Assembly (NCBI GenBank): GCA_016748015.1
Contig: JAAOMT010000295.1
Span: 1,302,001-1,366,000, forward strand
Origin: Geosiphon pyriformis uo1
Lineage: Eukaryota; Fungi; Glomeromycota
Length of the DNA stretch: 64,000 nucleotides
Direction of reading: 5' to 3'
In this document: in pieces, positions 1 through 12,877 of the stretch
How positions within the stretch are numbered: the stretch's first letter is position 1
Layout: every line of letters begins with the position of its first letter
Notes under the pieces: generated by a model
Databases searched by the model: none
The model's input: only the letters and a program-made list of their open reading frames with translations
Told to the model about the DNA's origin: nothing
Made by a program: the position numbers and the translations under genes

Positions 1-1447
1 AAAATGCTTAGTAAATACTAATTTAAACGTTGTTACTATTTATATTAATAGTTTGATTAAAGATTTAGGATTTTATAATACTATTGCTAATGTTTTTGCT
101 TATTTTTCAGATTTTAGTTTTAAAATAGGTTTGGATATTTATTTTTATTGAAATTAACTGAATTGTAAATAATAGTTTTGGTTTTAATCTGTATTTTAAA
201 AAGAGGTATAGTTTTGATTAACTTAAATAATTAAATTGTATTAGATATATTGAATTCTAATTTAACTATTATTGGTCTTAATTTTTGCAATAAATACTAG
301 ATTAAACATTACTATATTAATAAAACTATTATAAATAAAAATTTATTAATCTACTGCTATAAAATTAAAGACTATTTTGGTATTAAAGCCAATAATTACA
401 CAGATATAATTGCAAGTATTTTTATAAATTCATGTTTTGTTTTGTTTTTTAATGTTTATAAGTAGTATTTAATTGCTAATAATCAATTTATTTTTTGGAA
501 ATACTTATTATTTTGTAATAAGATTGTTTGATTTTGTTTGTTATGCTAATTAAAAATTCAAATTTACTAAAAAATTTGTGAATGAATTCTTGGTTTATAA
601 TTTTAATCTGCTGTATATTATAATAGTATAACACCTAAATAAACATATATATACTAGATTGACTGATTCAATTTTTCCTGTTCTTTATTTTTATTTTATA
701 AAAGCTTTGCACAAAAAATTGCCAATTTTTTTGAAAAAAAAAGCTATATAATATTTTATATTCAAGTACTACTTGCTTATATTGTAATTTGTTAAAAAAT
801 TTTAACTATATCTTTTGGTATAGATCTAATTTTGCTGCTAAAAAGAATGCAATTTTTGATATTATTGTTAAATAGAAAAAATTATCTGGCCAATTAGTTA
901 CAAACTCTTTGGTTATTTAATTATTGCATAATATAAAGTCTAATAATTATTTATATATGATTATTATAAAAAATTTTGTTTTGAAGAATTTGTTTTTAGA
1001 GGCTACTAAAGTGTTTGTTGAAAATTCGGAGGCTGTTATAGACATTATCAATTTTGTGCATAATGTAGTAACTTGTTATGAGTTGAATATTTGGTTTTTA
1101 AATACTAATTTAAGAAAATTTTATGAATCTTATAATTCTGATAGTTGCTAATAGATCAGTGTTTTGTGATATTGGCAGTTTGTTATTATGTGGCTTTGAT
1201 ATAAATATCTGTAAGTTCAGCTTTAGTTATGGTATTCTAATTAATTTTGGTCTTAATGTTTTTTTATCTTGAGTTTTTGTGGTGGCATCTGTGCCTCTTG
1301 CAATATAAGCTTGTAGTGTTGTTTTGATTGGCTTGAGTGGCTGGTTATGTGTAGAAAACACATGAGCCATGATTATTTTAGAATCTTATACAATTGTATT
1401 GTAATAAGTAGTGATTGGGCTGCATTCATAGAATTAATAAAAAAAAA
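1..1447 (+). mobile_element. Degenerate non-LTR (LINE) retrotransposon, 3' part of ORF2 plus 3' tail and poly(A)
   Basis: Around 700-815 the sequence reads KALHKKLP..KKLYN..Y...CLYC, a decayed C-terminal zinc-knuckle region of LINE ORF2. The tail at 1335-1430 (GAGTGGCTGG..TGTAG..GAGCCA..GTAGTGATTGGGCTGCA) matches the LINE 3' end at 19107-19200, then an A-run follows. The element runs off the left edge. Confidence 0.65.
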
Positions 1448-2646
1448 TGATAAGAAACCAAATATGGATGGGTATTGATTTTATGATTGGTATGTGAGAT
1501 TTTCTTGAAAATTTTTTTGTTTGATAACATAATATAAATATGGTAATTATAACACTAAAGCATTATTAAAATAAATTATATGGTATTTAAATACCAAATA
1601 ATGTGGTTGTGTTTACACAAGTATAATGAAAAAATAAGCATGGTTTTACAAATATATGATTTGTAATTGAACTATTATAATTAAATTTGCACATTAAAAT
1701 TTTAATTTTAATAAAAAAATTTATTTTGGTTTACTTTTAATGCTTCCAAAATTTTCAAGATTATTTATTTTTTGTACATGATTTCTAAAAGTTCATCCAC
1801 ATCAAATTTTGAAGCAAAATAAAGAATTTATTCTGGTTACTTTTATATTTTTTTATTCGTAGAGTGGGATACGAAATTTTATATTTTAAATTCTTGAACT
1901 TTGCTATCTAAGTGTGTGGAGCTTTATTCGGTATTCATCGAGATTCCCCTTAAGAATCGCTTTAACTTTTTAGTTAAAATCTTAACCCGTTACTTAATTC
2001 GAAATTCGGTTTGTTTGTAAAACTCAACGGGCGTAAACTTTTGACAAGACAATATCGAAAAACTAGAATTAAGGCATGATGAATGAAAGGTACTTTTACT
2101 TTTTTACCGATAAAATATGTAGACTCCCAGTACTGAAACACCTTTAAACCCAAAGAGCATTAGTTTTGAGTTTCTCAAGGTATTAGTAATCTGTGAAGCG
2201 TGAAATGATATAAATATTTAGGTTTTATTGAAGACTCCATTGGCCATTGCTTTAATGACTAAACAATTTATTCCCAATTTTTGTGCTACAATCGGTTAAT
2301 ATCGTATGTTCATGATAATGTGAAAGGTTAATCTTAATTTCACAATAATAAATCCTAATTTATTAATCATAATTTTTAAATTCCCCGTTCTTTGAACTTC
2401 CGATTCCCATGTTTCAACCTGTCAAACAAAAACAGTGATAGCCACATGATCCTATTAGAACTTCCAAATTGTTATCCTTAATTTAAAATTGCATCATAAA
2501 AAATTTCCTTTGCATGAAAGAATTTGTCAGCATAATATGAAATTTGGTGGAAAACCTTTAGCTATATAATCTCGAACTTGAAAAGCATAAAATCTAAACC
2601 CAACTACCTTTTGAAACTGAGAGATCAATCGAATTAAAAATTTAAA

Positions 2647-3773
2647 ATGTCCAAAGAACTTACAATGAAAAGAAATTCTTCCATAAAAACTCCGTACAGT
2701 AGTATAAAAGATATTAAATTAATGAATATAAAAGATGGTACACAGTTCTCGGCACATACATTATGGCAAGATTCTCCAGTTTTGGTGCTCGTTGGTAGGC
2801 TAAAAAGCAAAGAATACAATTTTCAATACCAAACTTATTACAAGTTTTTTTTTAAATATCCCAATTGAATCTCGCTGAATTTGTTTAGTTCGTCGGCCAG
2901 GCTGTTGGATTTGTCGTAACGAAGCTCTCAAATTGTCATCACATCGAGATTTAATTACTGATAAACTTGTATATATATATATATATATATATATTATTTG
3001 AATTAAAGGTTTATTATTGATTAAAAGATCGAGGACTAATTTAAAAGGAATTTGTGTTTTTGAAACCCAAATAAATAGGGAATAAAAATGATCGCAGTGA
3101 TACAAGAAAATATTGAACATGAAGCCGAAGAATTTAACAATCTTTTTTGGAAAAGTGAAATTTATTGGGACATGGAAAAGATGTTTTATCGTGCACTTGG
3201 GTAAATAAAATGATTTATTTTGTATTGATATTTTTCAGGAATTATTAATTTCGGTCTAATAATTCTTTTTCATACATTCTAGAGATGGGGAAATTCGATG
3301 GAGTAGTAATACAAATCTGTTACGTCCTTCAGTTTTGAGAAAATTTATAAAAAGTCGAAAATTCGTAAGCATTTAATTACTTTTGAGTTTTACCATCATA
3401 ATACCAAAAATCTTGATTCCATATATCAAACCGGATTATTTGTCTTTTTAAATTTTTGTCACAGCAAGTTGGAGGTAATTTCAAAGGTCAAGGTCGAATC
3501 TTGGGTGGTCTGTACATAATTTCTGAGGGCTCAAAAGGCATCGCATTCGAACACCGCGAGAAAATTTTTGGTGATTCTCCAGACTTGGATCAAGTTCTTA
3601 CTTTATGTAAAGAAATTTCAATAAAAGATCTGGATGTTGGTATGCAAGATTCTGTCAAAAGAGCGATTGGTGCCGCTAAAGTTTGTCAACTGAGAAGTCC
3701 AAATGGATCCGGCAATTGTGGTGGGTTGAATGGAATGTGTCCCGATGATGATTCTGATCAAGAATCTGATTAG
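2647..3773 (+). CDS. Peroxiredoxin-like 2A / AhpC-TSA_2 (FAM213/SelU-like) thioredoxin-fold redox protein, 5 exons, about 246 aa
   Basis: Manual splicing with phase-consistent GT-AG introns: 2647-2794, 2889-2968, 3079-3200, 3283-3364, 3465-3773. It yields LW....V...VRRPGCWICRNEA...EIYWD.EK.FYRALG...GNFKGQGRILGGLYII...EHREK.FGD, the PRXL2A-family signatures with an intact CxxC. Confidence 0.88.
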
Positions 3774-6700
3774 TTAAATATTTTTTGGCAATTGTATATC
3801 ATTACCCATTTTTTAATGCAATAAAAAAAAAGAAAGTTTCTTTTTCTAAAATAGTACTGAGAATAAATTCTTTTGCTTATTAAAAAAAGAACACCTCTGC
3901 TACTCTTGAAAAAGTTGATTTAATTTTTCTCAAGAATGGTTTATTAATCCTTTGTATTTAAATCACTTGTTCTGGTGATTAATTTTATTGCTTCTTATGT
4001 TACAATGCATAAAATAAATTGTTGCGCCGTAAAAGGAAAATTGAATTTGAGCGTGGAAAATTCAAAGTTGAAAAGATTCATTCAGTTATAAAAATTATTG
4101 GCACTGACACTATTGCCCAGCAGGCTAACTTTAATCTTTGACTGGCCATATTAATAAATTTTCATGGCAAAAATAAACAACTCTCTCGCAATTAGTGAAA
4201 ATGAGAAAAAGTTTACCATAAAATATTATTTTCCAAGATTTTCATAAAATGAGAATATATTTAGCAACTAAATGGATTAAAGCATAAACTTTGTTAGAAT
4301 TTTGCACGAGAAATTATAAAATTATCGAGTTATATTCATGGAAGAATGATATTAAATGCAAAATTAAAACCCTTTTATTAAAGAATAGTTTGAAACATTG
4401 CATTTTTCAAGGAAATAAAATAAATCTTTTACATAGGTAGATATTTTTCTAATTAAAAGCAAACTTTTACTGAATATAAATATGCATTGAAAAAAAATTA
4501 AAAAGTTGGACAACATTATTTTTTTTTTTTTGAAAAAAGAAACCATGATCAAGTCTCAAAGTTTTGTTATTGAAAAAACTTAAACATTACTTAAGAAGAC
4601 AAATTTGATATGATAAGACTAAAAAACTTAAATATTTAAAATACATGTGACTAAATAATTTAATTCTAATTATAAAAAGTTAAGTTAACGATAAATTGGC
4701 AGATTCTTAAAATAGTTAAAAAGAAAATTAATTTTTACAGAAAAATATATATATATATATATAATTAGATTTAACTTGTTTTACTATTCAATAGACAATT
4801 GAAAAAATTTTATCTCATTATAAGGATAAAAAATTTCATTAAAAATTTCTAAAAAAGAAAAATTATTTTTATAAGTATCTTGTTTTGTAAAATAATTTTT
4901 TTATTGGATCAATCTGTAAAAAACAAAAAAGAATTTTGGGGAAATGAAAATTTTTCGATTTTTTTTTCTTGAAAAGCCTCACATAAACTTTAATTAAAGT
5001 CTGTTAGTTTTCGTTATGATATCTTATCAATTATTCAAGCATTAGATTATAACAATTCAAAATTTATGAAAATTATTTAAACTTTATGTAAAATTTATTC
5101 TAAAAAGTTAAAAATAATTTTTAAAAAACTATTATTGGGAGATATCACAAAAAAACGTATTCTTCTTTTTGGGTAAAAAATTTAGAAGTTTGAAATTATT
5201 GTCAAACTTCATTTTTGACGTAAATACAACAGAAAATCATAATTTTATGGAAATTTTTTTGCCTTCAAAAATGGCTAATTTATCAATAAGTTCTTAAAAA
5301 AATATACATCTTATCTCAAAGAATTTAGATTTATTTATTCCACAATTGCTATTAAAAAGAACAAAAATAGTGTTTACTGAAAAAGAAATTTGAAAAAAAG
5401 CATATAGATAAATCGCTGCTTTATTCAAGGTTCCCTTTATAATTATAATAGATATATTCTGCAACAGCATATTTCGGGGTCGATTTATGAAAAAATATGA
5501 GTTTAAACTATTTCAAACAAATGATTGAAAAATTGGTATAAATAAAGTTGGAACCTTGAATAAAAAATATGCTTTTGTTTACAATCACTTGACCAATGGC
5601 AAACCTTTTCAAAACTTAAGAGCAGTAAAAATTAACACGCAAAATTTTATTTTGAAAAGACATTTGATAAATAAATTCTCAAAAAAACCCAGAGATTCAT
5701 TTAAAACGTAAAATACAGCTACAAAAAATTATAATCAAGTTTTTTTTTCTGATAATTAAAAAAATATATTTTTTGTTGTTATTATAATAATAATAATAAT
5801 AATAATCAAACAATAAATAATAGAAAACTAAAAATCTTCATAAAAATCAATAAAACATGCAGAGGTTTTAAAAAATCTATACAAAATTTATTTAATCAGA
5901 AAATAAGCTCAGCATTTTGCATTGAGATTTGAATTTGCAAAAAAAAAAAAAAATTCTAAATTTCTAATCAATAATCTAAATGTATATATCTTTATTTGCA
6001 TAAAAAAAAGTTTTCTGTAATCCCAAACAAATAATATTAAGTTATATAAATTTTTTGATATAATGGTATAATAATAAAAGTTTTTAAAATAGTAAATGCC
6101 AAAATTTTTAGTTTAAATATAAGTTCAGAACTAAATTTAAGTAAAGTTGGGGTTGAAAATATTGGAGAGCTAAAAATAGACGTTTAACTTTTTTACGAGC
6201 GAGAAATTGTTTTTGTGAACCAAATTGATTCTGATTATAAACAATTTTCAGATTTGGACAATATATGCGAAAATCCGAAAAAGTACGAGTTGGGAACTAA
6301 TTCGTTTCAGCATAAATTATTTTTTAGAATTATAAATGCTTTTTACAGTTTTTACCTAATTAGGAATAAGAATTTCTATTCTAATGACTAAAATTTCAGA
6401 GTGACAAAAAATTTATCAAGTTAAAAAAGTTTTTATTTTATATAAACATATAATTTTCAATTGAAAAACAAACGAAAAATCTTTTACCTTACTTGTTTTT
6501 TAAAGGAAAGTTTAATTTAATTGATTCTTGTTTAATTTGGTTATACTATAAATATCAATAAGTAGTAAAAACTGAAGAGAAAGGTTGTTGGATAATAAAA
6601 GGAAACAATTTTTTTATTGATCTTTCTACAAAGATTTCCAAATCTTTGATTTTGTTTTTAATTCGTTCAGAACTCTAACTCAAAATTTGTAGAAAACTTG

Positions 6701-7726
6701 ATTATTTTATCTTTCTTTCGAGATGTGATAAGATGGCTGTGATAAGCTCTTTAAATCTCTTTTTTACTATTAAAAACTTGAAGATTTTTCAAGATAGCGT
6801 GGTAAAAAAAAAAAAAAATTTGGCTTTTGAGAAAAATATGATATTAAGTTAATTCAGTTTTCTGCTTAAAACATATAAATTTTTTTGTAATCGTTGTTCT
6901 TGCAAATATAATTTTGTATGATTTTCAATTCTTTCAAATTGATTAGATAAAATATTATCTCCTTTGAAGTTTCTTGCTTTAAATTGGCTAAAGATAATTT
7001 TTAACCTATATATATATTGCGATGTGAACAGCAAAAAAAAAAATAGAGTAAAAATTTTTCTATTCTATACTATATATTCACAAAACAATTCTTTATATTA
7101 AAAATTTTTATATTAAAGTGGAATAATTATTGAACTTTTACATATATATATATATATATATATTTAATCACAATTGTAATGATTAACGACTTGTTGTTTC
7201 GATGCATAAATTCCACCAAAGGGAATGTTACTTCCCTCGAGATGGGATAAAAAAAGGATACAATTTAATGTATTAAGAAGAAAACTTCATTGTTCTAGCT
7301 GTTTTATCTTGCTGTCAGTTTCTAACGAATGTAGTTTGATTTGATAACTTTCATTTCCTTTCGGCCCCCCCCCCCTTCATTCACCTTAAATGGTAAATCG
7401 TCGTGAATCAAATGTATTTTATCTGATTAGCACTACATATTTACATAATATTTGGGCCGGTAACACAGGCCCAGTTTTGTTGTCGCATCAAAAATGCTGA
7501 TACATGTGACACGAGAGATAGTTGATCATACTGCGTTCAACTTGATTTTTTATATTTTTTAAGCGATGAGAAATTTTTCTTTTGCATCCATTTTTCATTT
7601 GAAGCAAAAAAATCCTCAATTATTAACGAGTTAGGACCAATTTTACTAGTGACATTGGAAATTAAAATTCATTCTTGTACGAATTATTGGGGAACAATGT
7701 TAAAAAAACGTCACGATATGTTTGTG

Positions 7727-7763
7727 GTATTATTATTATTATAATCATTAGTATTATTATTAG

Positions 7764-7850
<87 letters not shown>

Positions 7851-7864
7851 CTATTATTATTATT
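7727..7864. repeat. (ATT)n microsatellite with AGT interruptions
   Basis: Directly visible; it explains the poly-Ile ORF 7675-7881. Confidence 0.95.
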
Positions 7865-9097
7865 TAAGACATGATTATTAAGAAAAATTAAATTGGGATT
7901 TTAACGTTTGTAAATAATTTATATTCATTCATTCGACTCTTTTGGATTTTTTACAAGATTTGGGTTTTAAAATTAAAAAGATTTATACCGAATATATTAT
8001 TAACTTTAAGACTTCCAATATTTAATCGATATTAACAAAACCTTAAACTTATCTAACTCTCGAAAATGTGTTCAAGTTGACTCTTTAAGGTAAAGATTCT
8101 TGTGAAAAACTTTCAAAATAACTAAAAATACGTAATGAATCGACTTTACGTGAAGTTTCCCGCTTTTTTTTTTTTATAGGAAATTTTTTGTTTCAAAAAG
8201 GAGGTTTTATAATAGAATTTATAATAGGTTTGAAAGAATGATCTATAAAATTTATTTTACTCAATTTTCTAATTGTAGTCCTAAGAAATTAATTAAAATC
8301 GATGCGATTATAAGAAATGGTTTTTTTTTTCACACGAAGCATATATAAAGTAAACTAATTTGATTCCCAAATTTTTTTCAAACAAATATTTCTTTTGAAG
8401 TAACGATTACCCCCATTTGAAAAAAAAAAAATTTCTCTATAGAATTCTCTTTCTCACGTAATTTTTTGCTTTTATTATAATTTTTGAATGAAATTCGATC
8501 TAATTTCTTTCCTTTTTTTAAAGAGTGGTTATCTAGATATGAAAAAAATTTTTTTGGTAAAAAAATTATCTAAAACTTATAAAAAAAAAAAAAAAAAAAA
8601 AAGATAGTTTTAAATAAAATTTTTTGGTTTAATTAAATATGTTTGAAGATTATCAGTTTTATTTTAAAAATTATTTTTTTAATTATTTTTTTTTTGAATA
8701 ATAAATTATTATTATTATTATTATTATTGTTATTTTAAATTTATGAGAATATATGATTAAAAAATGATTATATTTAAAAGAAAAAAAATTATTTTTTTAC
8801 TTAAAAAGTTATGATAAATAAATAAATAAATAAATAATTTTTTTTTGTGTATATACAATTTATAATATATAATAATAATTTTTATTTTTTATTTTATTTT
8901 AAAATAGTTTAAATCTTATAATTTTATAATTTTTATTTAAAAAAAAATAAAGTAAAAGGAAAATGATATTCTTTTTTTAAAAATATATATATATAAACTT
9001 TTTTTAAAATTAAATTATTGAAAAGAAAAAAAATTTTCGTTGGGAATTTTCAATTTTAGTTTTTTATTAATAAATAAATAAATAGATAAATTTTAAA

Positions 9098-9180
9098 ACA
9101 AATACAATACAAATACAATACAAAATACAATACAAATACAATACAATACAATACAATACAATATAATAAAATACAATATA
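9098..9180. repeat. (AATAC)n pentanucleotide repeat; a (GAAT)n tract follows at about 9437-9490
   Basis: Directly visible tandem repeats. Confidence 0.9.
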
Positions 9181-9773
9181 ATAAAAATAAATGTTTATTT
9201 GTTTTTTGTTTTTTTGAATAAATTTTTTTTTTTTTTAACTTTTTTGAAATTTACATATTGTAAAAACGTTATTTGAGACACCTTCTTTATTCAGATGATA
9301 CTTTTAACCATATATAAACAATGTTTTTCGAATTGAAAATTTTTGTTTTAACAATAGATACATAGAAAATTTTATTGAAGGGGCAAGAACAAATATACAT
9401 ATGTCTTAAAAAATTGAATTTTTCATTGGGTTTTTTGAATGAATGAATTAATGAAATGAATGAATGAATGAATGAATGAATGAATGAATGATTACTACCG
9501 TCACCACAACCACCACCATCACCATCACCACCTCACAAAAAGACAAGAGCCAAAATAGAAAGGCTTCGGTAGATTTTAAAAAAAAACTAAAAAAAGAAAA
9601 AAAAAAAATTTTTCATCTACCGAAAATGTTCTTTTTGTTATAGTAAAGGGATAATTTTAATGATTGACACAAGGTACAAAAGGTTTAATTTCTTTTTGTG
9701 TAAAAGTCAATAGTAGAATTAAATGGATTTAATATATATATTATTTTATATATATATATAGAGCTTATTTTCA

Positions 9774-10991
9774 TCATGTTGAATAATGTGCATGCTCAAG
9801 ATGATATTTTAAACCATTGGGATTTTTGTATCGCTTTTGACAATTAAAAAACTTACATTGAAATGGTTTATAAGGGGATTTTGGTTCTTCTATATCCGAA
9901 GGAATTCGATGACCATTTTTGTCATGATACTTTAATCCATTCGGATTTTTATATGTTTTAGAACAACCAGGGATTAAACATTTAAATGGTTTTTCAATCA
10001 TTACTTTTTCTCGCTCTGTTTTTGAAACTTTTTGACTCTTTATTTTACCAGTAATACTACCAATATTATGGTGAGGTGAGTTTTCAGGTGATATTTCTGA
10101 TGATAATAATGTAACAACGGTATCATCAGGTGATGAATAATCACTTCGTATAGATGAATGTTCCAATTGAAATTTAGCTGTTGATGAGGGGTATTCCGGT
10201 TGAGATTTTACTGTTGACGGGTAATTTATATTAAGTTTTCCAATGGATGGGTATTCTAATTGAAGTTTCGGTGATGATGGATAATCTAGATGAAGCTTAG
10301 AGGTAGATTGATATTCCAATTGTGAATTTGAGGTTGTCAAATATTGAAGTTGCGATTTTGTAGATGATGAAAGGTATTCTAGGGATGGTTTTGAACTGGA
10401 TGATGCTAGTTTTGGTAACAGTGGCTGTGAAAAGTTATTTGTGACAAGATCAGTTTGTGCTTTAGTTAAATTATAAGAGGAAGGGTGAGTCAAAGTAGAG
10501 GGATGATAATAACTAAGCTTTTGAAAACATGTATTATTCGGTTGAGAGTTGAACGTTGTCACATCATTGTCCTTGATCATCCTACTATTTTTATTACTGT
10601 TGGTGTTAGTGTTGTTGTTAATGTTAATGTTAATGTTGGTGTTGGTGTTGGTATTGGTGTTGGTGTTGGTGTTAATGTTGGTGTTGGTGTTGGTGTTGGT
10701 GTTGGTGTTGGTGTTGGTGTTGGTGTTGGTGTTAGTGGTAGTGATGGTGGTGTTGGGGTTAGGGTTGTTATTGTTGTTATTAAAATTATTAAAATTATTA
10801 TTATTAATAAAATTATTATTATCAATATTATTGTTATTATTATTATTATTATTATTATTGTTATTGTTGACGTTTGAGAAAGTTGTAAGTTGTTGAATAG
10901 TATCCAAGGTTCGGTAGGTCGGTAAAGAAGGGTGTAAATATTTGGTCGTACACATTTGGTGTTCTCCATAATTTTGATCATTTACGGACAT
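9774..10991 (-). CDS. SFP1-like C2H2 zinc-finger transcription factor with Asn/Thr-rich N-terminal region, about 405 aa, single exon
   Basis: Two C-terminal fingers KPFKCLIPGCSKTYKNPNGLKYHDKNGH and KPFQCKFFNCQKRYKNPNGLKYHLEHAH; the YKNxNGLKYH motif is typical of fungal Sfp1-type fingers. First ATG (MSVNDQ) is at 10991; the ORF track starts upstream at a TTG. Confidence 0.85.
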   Translation of the reverse strand: MSVNDQNYGEHQMCTTKYLHPSLPTYRTLDTIQQLTTFSNVNNNNNNNNNNNNNNIDNNNFINNNNFNNFNNNNNNPNPNTTITTTNTNTNTNTNTNTNTNTNTNINTNTNTNTNTNTNINININNNTNTNSNKNSRMIKDNDVTTFNSQPNNTCFQKLSYYHPSTLTHPSSYNLTKAQTDLVTNNFSQPLLPKLASSSSKPSLEYLSSSTKSQLQYLTTSNSQLEYQSTSKLHLDYPSSPKLQLEYPSIGKLNINYPSTVKSQPEYPSSTAKFQLEHSSIRSDYSSPDDTVVTLLSSEISPENSPHHNIGSITGKIKSQKVSKTEREKVMIEKPFKCLIPGCSKTYKNPNGLKYHDKNGHRIPSDIEEPKSPYKPFQCKFFNCQKRYKNPNGLKYHLEHAHYST

Positions 10992-12433
10992 TTCTGTGAT
11001 ACTTTTTCTGTTGGTTTTTATGATAAAAAAAAAATTTCTGCGAGGTCTGTTTTCTTTTTCTTTTTTTTTTTTCTTTTTTTGCAATTCTGTTGGGTATTTA
11101 TATGATAGAGAATGAGATCAAAAATGTGACATCATTCTTTTATTAATGAAAAAAATCGTTTTTTTTTTTTTTTTTTTTCACAGTAGATCGGTGTTAGAAT
11201 GATACTTGAGGCAGGAAGGCGTGTTAATTCCCCTTTTAAAACAGAACTGGGGGAACAAGTTGACAGGCCAGTAGTTTAAAGAGAGAGTCAAAAAGGTTCA
11301 TTGGATGGTTTTGAATACTTTTTTACTGCAAAAGCATGCTCATACATGCTTAATCCTGCATATACAATGACGATCTTTTACTTTGAAATTTCAAAGGGGT
11401 AAAAAAATTGTGGGGTGTAAGAAACAAATGCCGATTATACCTTTTTTTAGTATCACCGATGAGAAGAATTTCTGACTAAGGACGTAAATTAATAAAGAAA
11501 GCAAAGATCATCCGATTAAAGTACATTGTTGAGTAGTGTGTGTGTATTAAGCACCCTCGAATTGACGATTAAACATATACCCTATATATATATATAGGGT
11601 ATATATGAACATATATCTAATGTATATCTTATGTATATATATGTTATTATAGCCCCTGGGTCAAAAGAAATATTTTTACGATGGTGGATGAAATATATTT
11701 TTTTTCTGGTTCCTGACCAATGAATAATAAAAAATACAAACAACCTGGAAAAGTTTGTTTTCTGAAAATCTGTTTAGTTGGTCTCAAAACTAAACCCGTT
11801 TTATTGACAAAGTAGTAGTAACACACACACACATTAAAGATCCCTGTCAACCCTTTGCATGTTTGATTCATAGAGAAAAATGATTTTCAGTGACGAAAAA
11901 TGGAATAAGGTTAGAAATGTGGTACAAAAAGATTTTTATTATTAGAATAGTATCATGGTCAAATTTGATTCATACTTATATATATATTATGCGTGGTGGG
12001 TTGGTTGGTTCGTTAGTTGTTCTAAATTTCAAGAAAGAAATTAGGTTTTCAAAGGTAACGAAACAATTTTAAATCACTTCTGCAGAGAAACTCGGTAGAT
12101 TTGTGAATTAAATATTTGGCAATGCATTACCAAACTGCATTAATCTAGCCAAAGGGTTCAATTAAGGGCGTATGTTAAGCAAAAAAATTTGCCATCATAT
12201 CAGAATTTAAAGTTTAGGCTGAAATTTTTTGCAACATGAAAAAGCTCGAATCGCTTTAGCAAGTGAATCTTTTGAAATTTTTTCTAGTAATTAAAAAATC
12301 AAGAAATTCTAAAGAGAGACAAGTGGAATTGTGTGTGCGTGAGAGCCTATTAATCAAAGTTTAAACTTGGGGGTTTTTTAAAGAATGTGTAGAGATATTC
12401 TAAAAAAGAACTTTAATACTGTAAATGGTTATA

Positions 12434-12491
12434 TAATAGTAGTAATAGTAGTAATAGTAGTAATAGTAGTAATAATAATAATAATAGTAGT

Positions 12492-12535
<44 letters not shown>

Positions 12536-12603
12536 TATAATAATAATAATAATAATAGTAGTAGTAGTAGTAGTAGTAGTAGTAATAATAATAGTAGTAA
12601 TAG
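12434..12603. repeat. Compound (TAG)n/(TAA)n microsatellite
   Basis: Directly visible. Confidence 0.95.
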
Positions 12604-12857
12604 CTTAGCTTAATAGATTATAAAAGTACTGTGAGAAAACAAATAAAATTTTAGTTTTTAGAGAATCGCACCATATTTGAAAAAAATAAAAAAATAAAAA
12701 AATAAAAAAAAAAAAGTTTAAAAATAATCATTTAGAAAAGAGAGATATGATAATGTTTTTAAGTTTATTATTATTACAATTATGTAATATTAAAATTAAA
12801 ATGAAAATTCATATAATTGGACAGAGTTTCTTTTTTTTTTTTTTTTTTTTTTTTTTT

Positions 12858-12877
12858 NNNNNNNNNNNNNNNNNNNN
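12858..12877. other. Assembly gap (20 N) inside a poly(T) tract
   Basis: Run of N flanked by long T homopolymers. Confidence 0.99.

Noticed and set aside
924-1151. 75-aa ORF, and ORFs 18542-19088, 48475-48711 and 58326-61167
   Set aside because: Residual frames of decayed LINE or Gypsy elements, not host genes.
2889-2968. Possible fungal selenoprotein (SelU/AhpC-like with in-frame TGA)
   Set aside because: The redox motif is TGT-TGG-ATT-TGT (CWIC); there is no in-frame TGA, so it is the Cys form.
10485-10981. Overlapping ORFs rich in Val/Gly, Leu/Val, Ile or Thr/Pro (also 7675-7881, 14967-15279, 25907-26125)
   Set aside because: Alternative-frame or antisense readings of microsatellites that simply lack stop codons.
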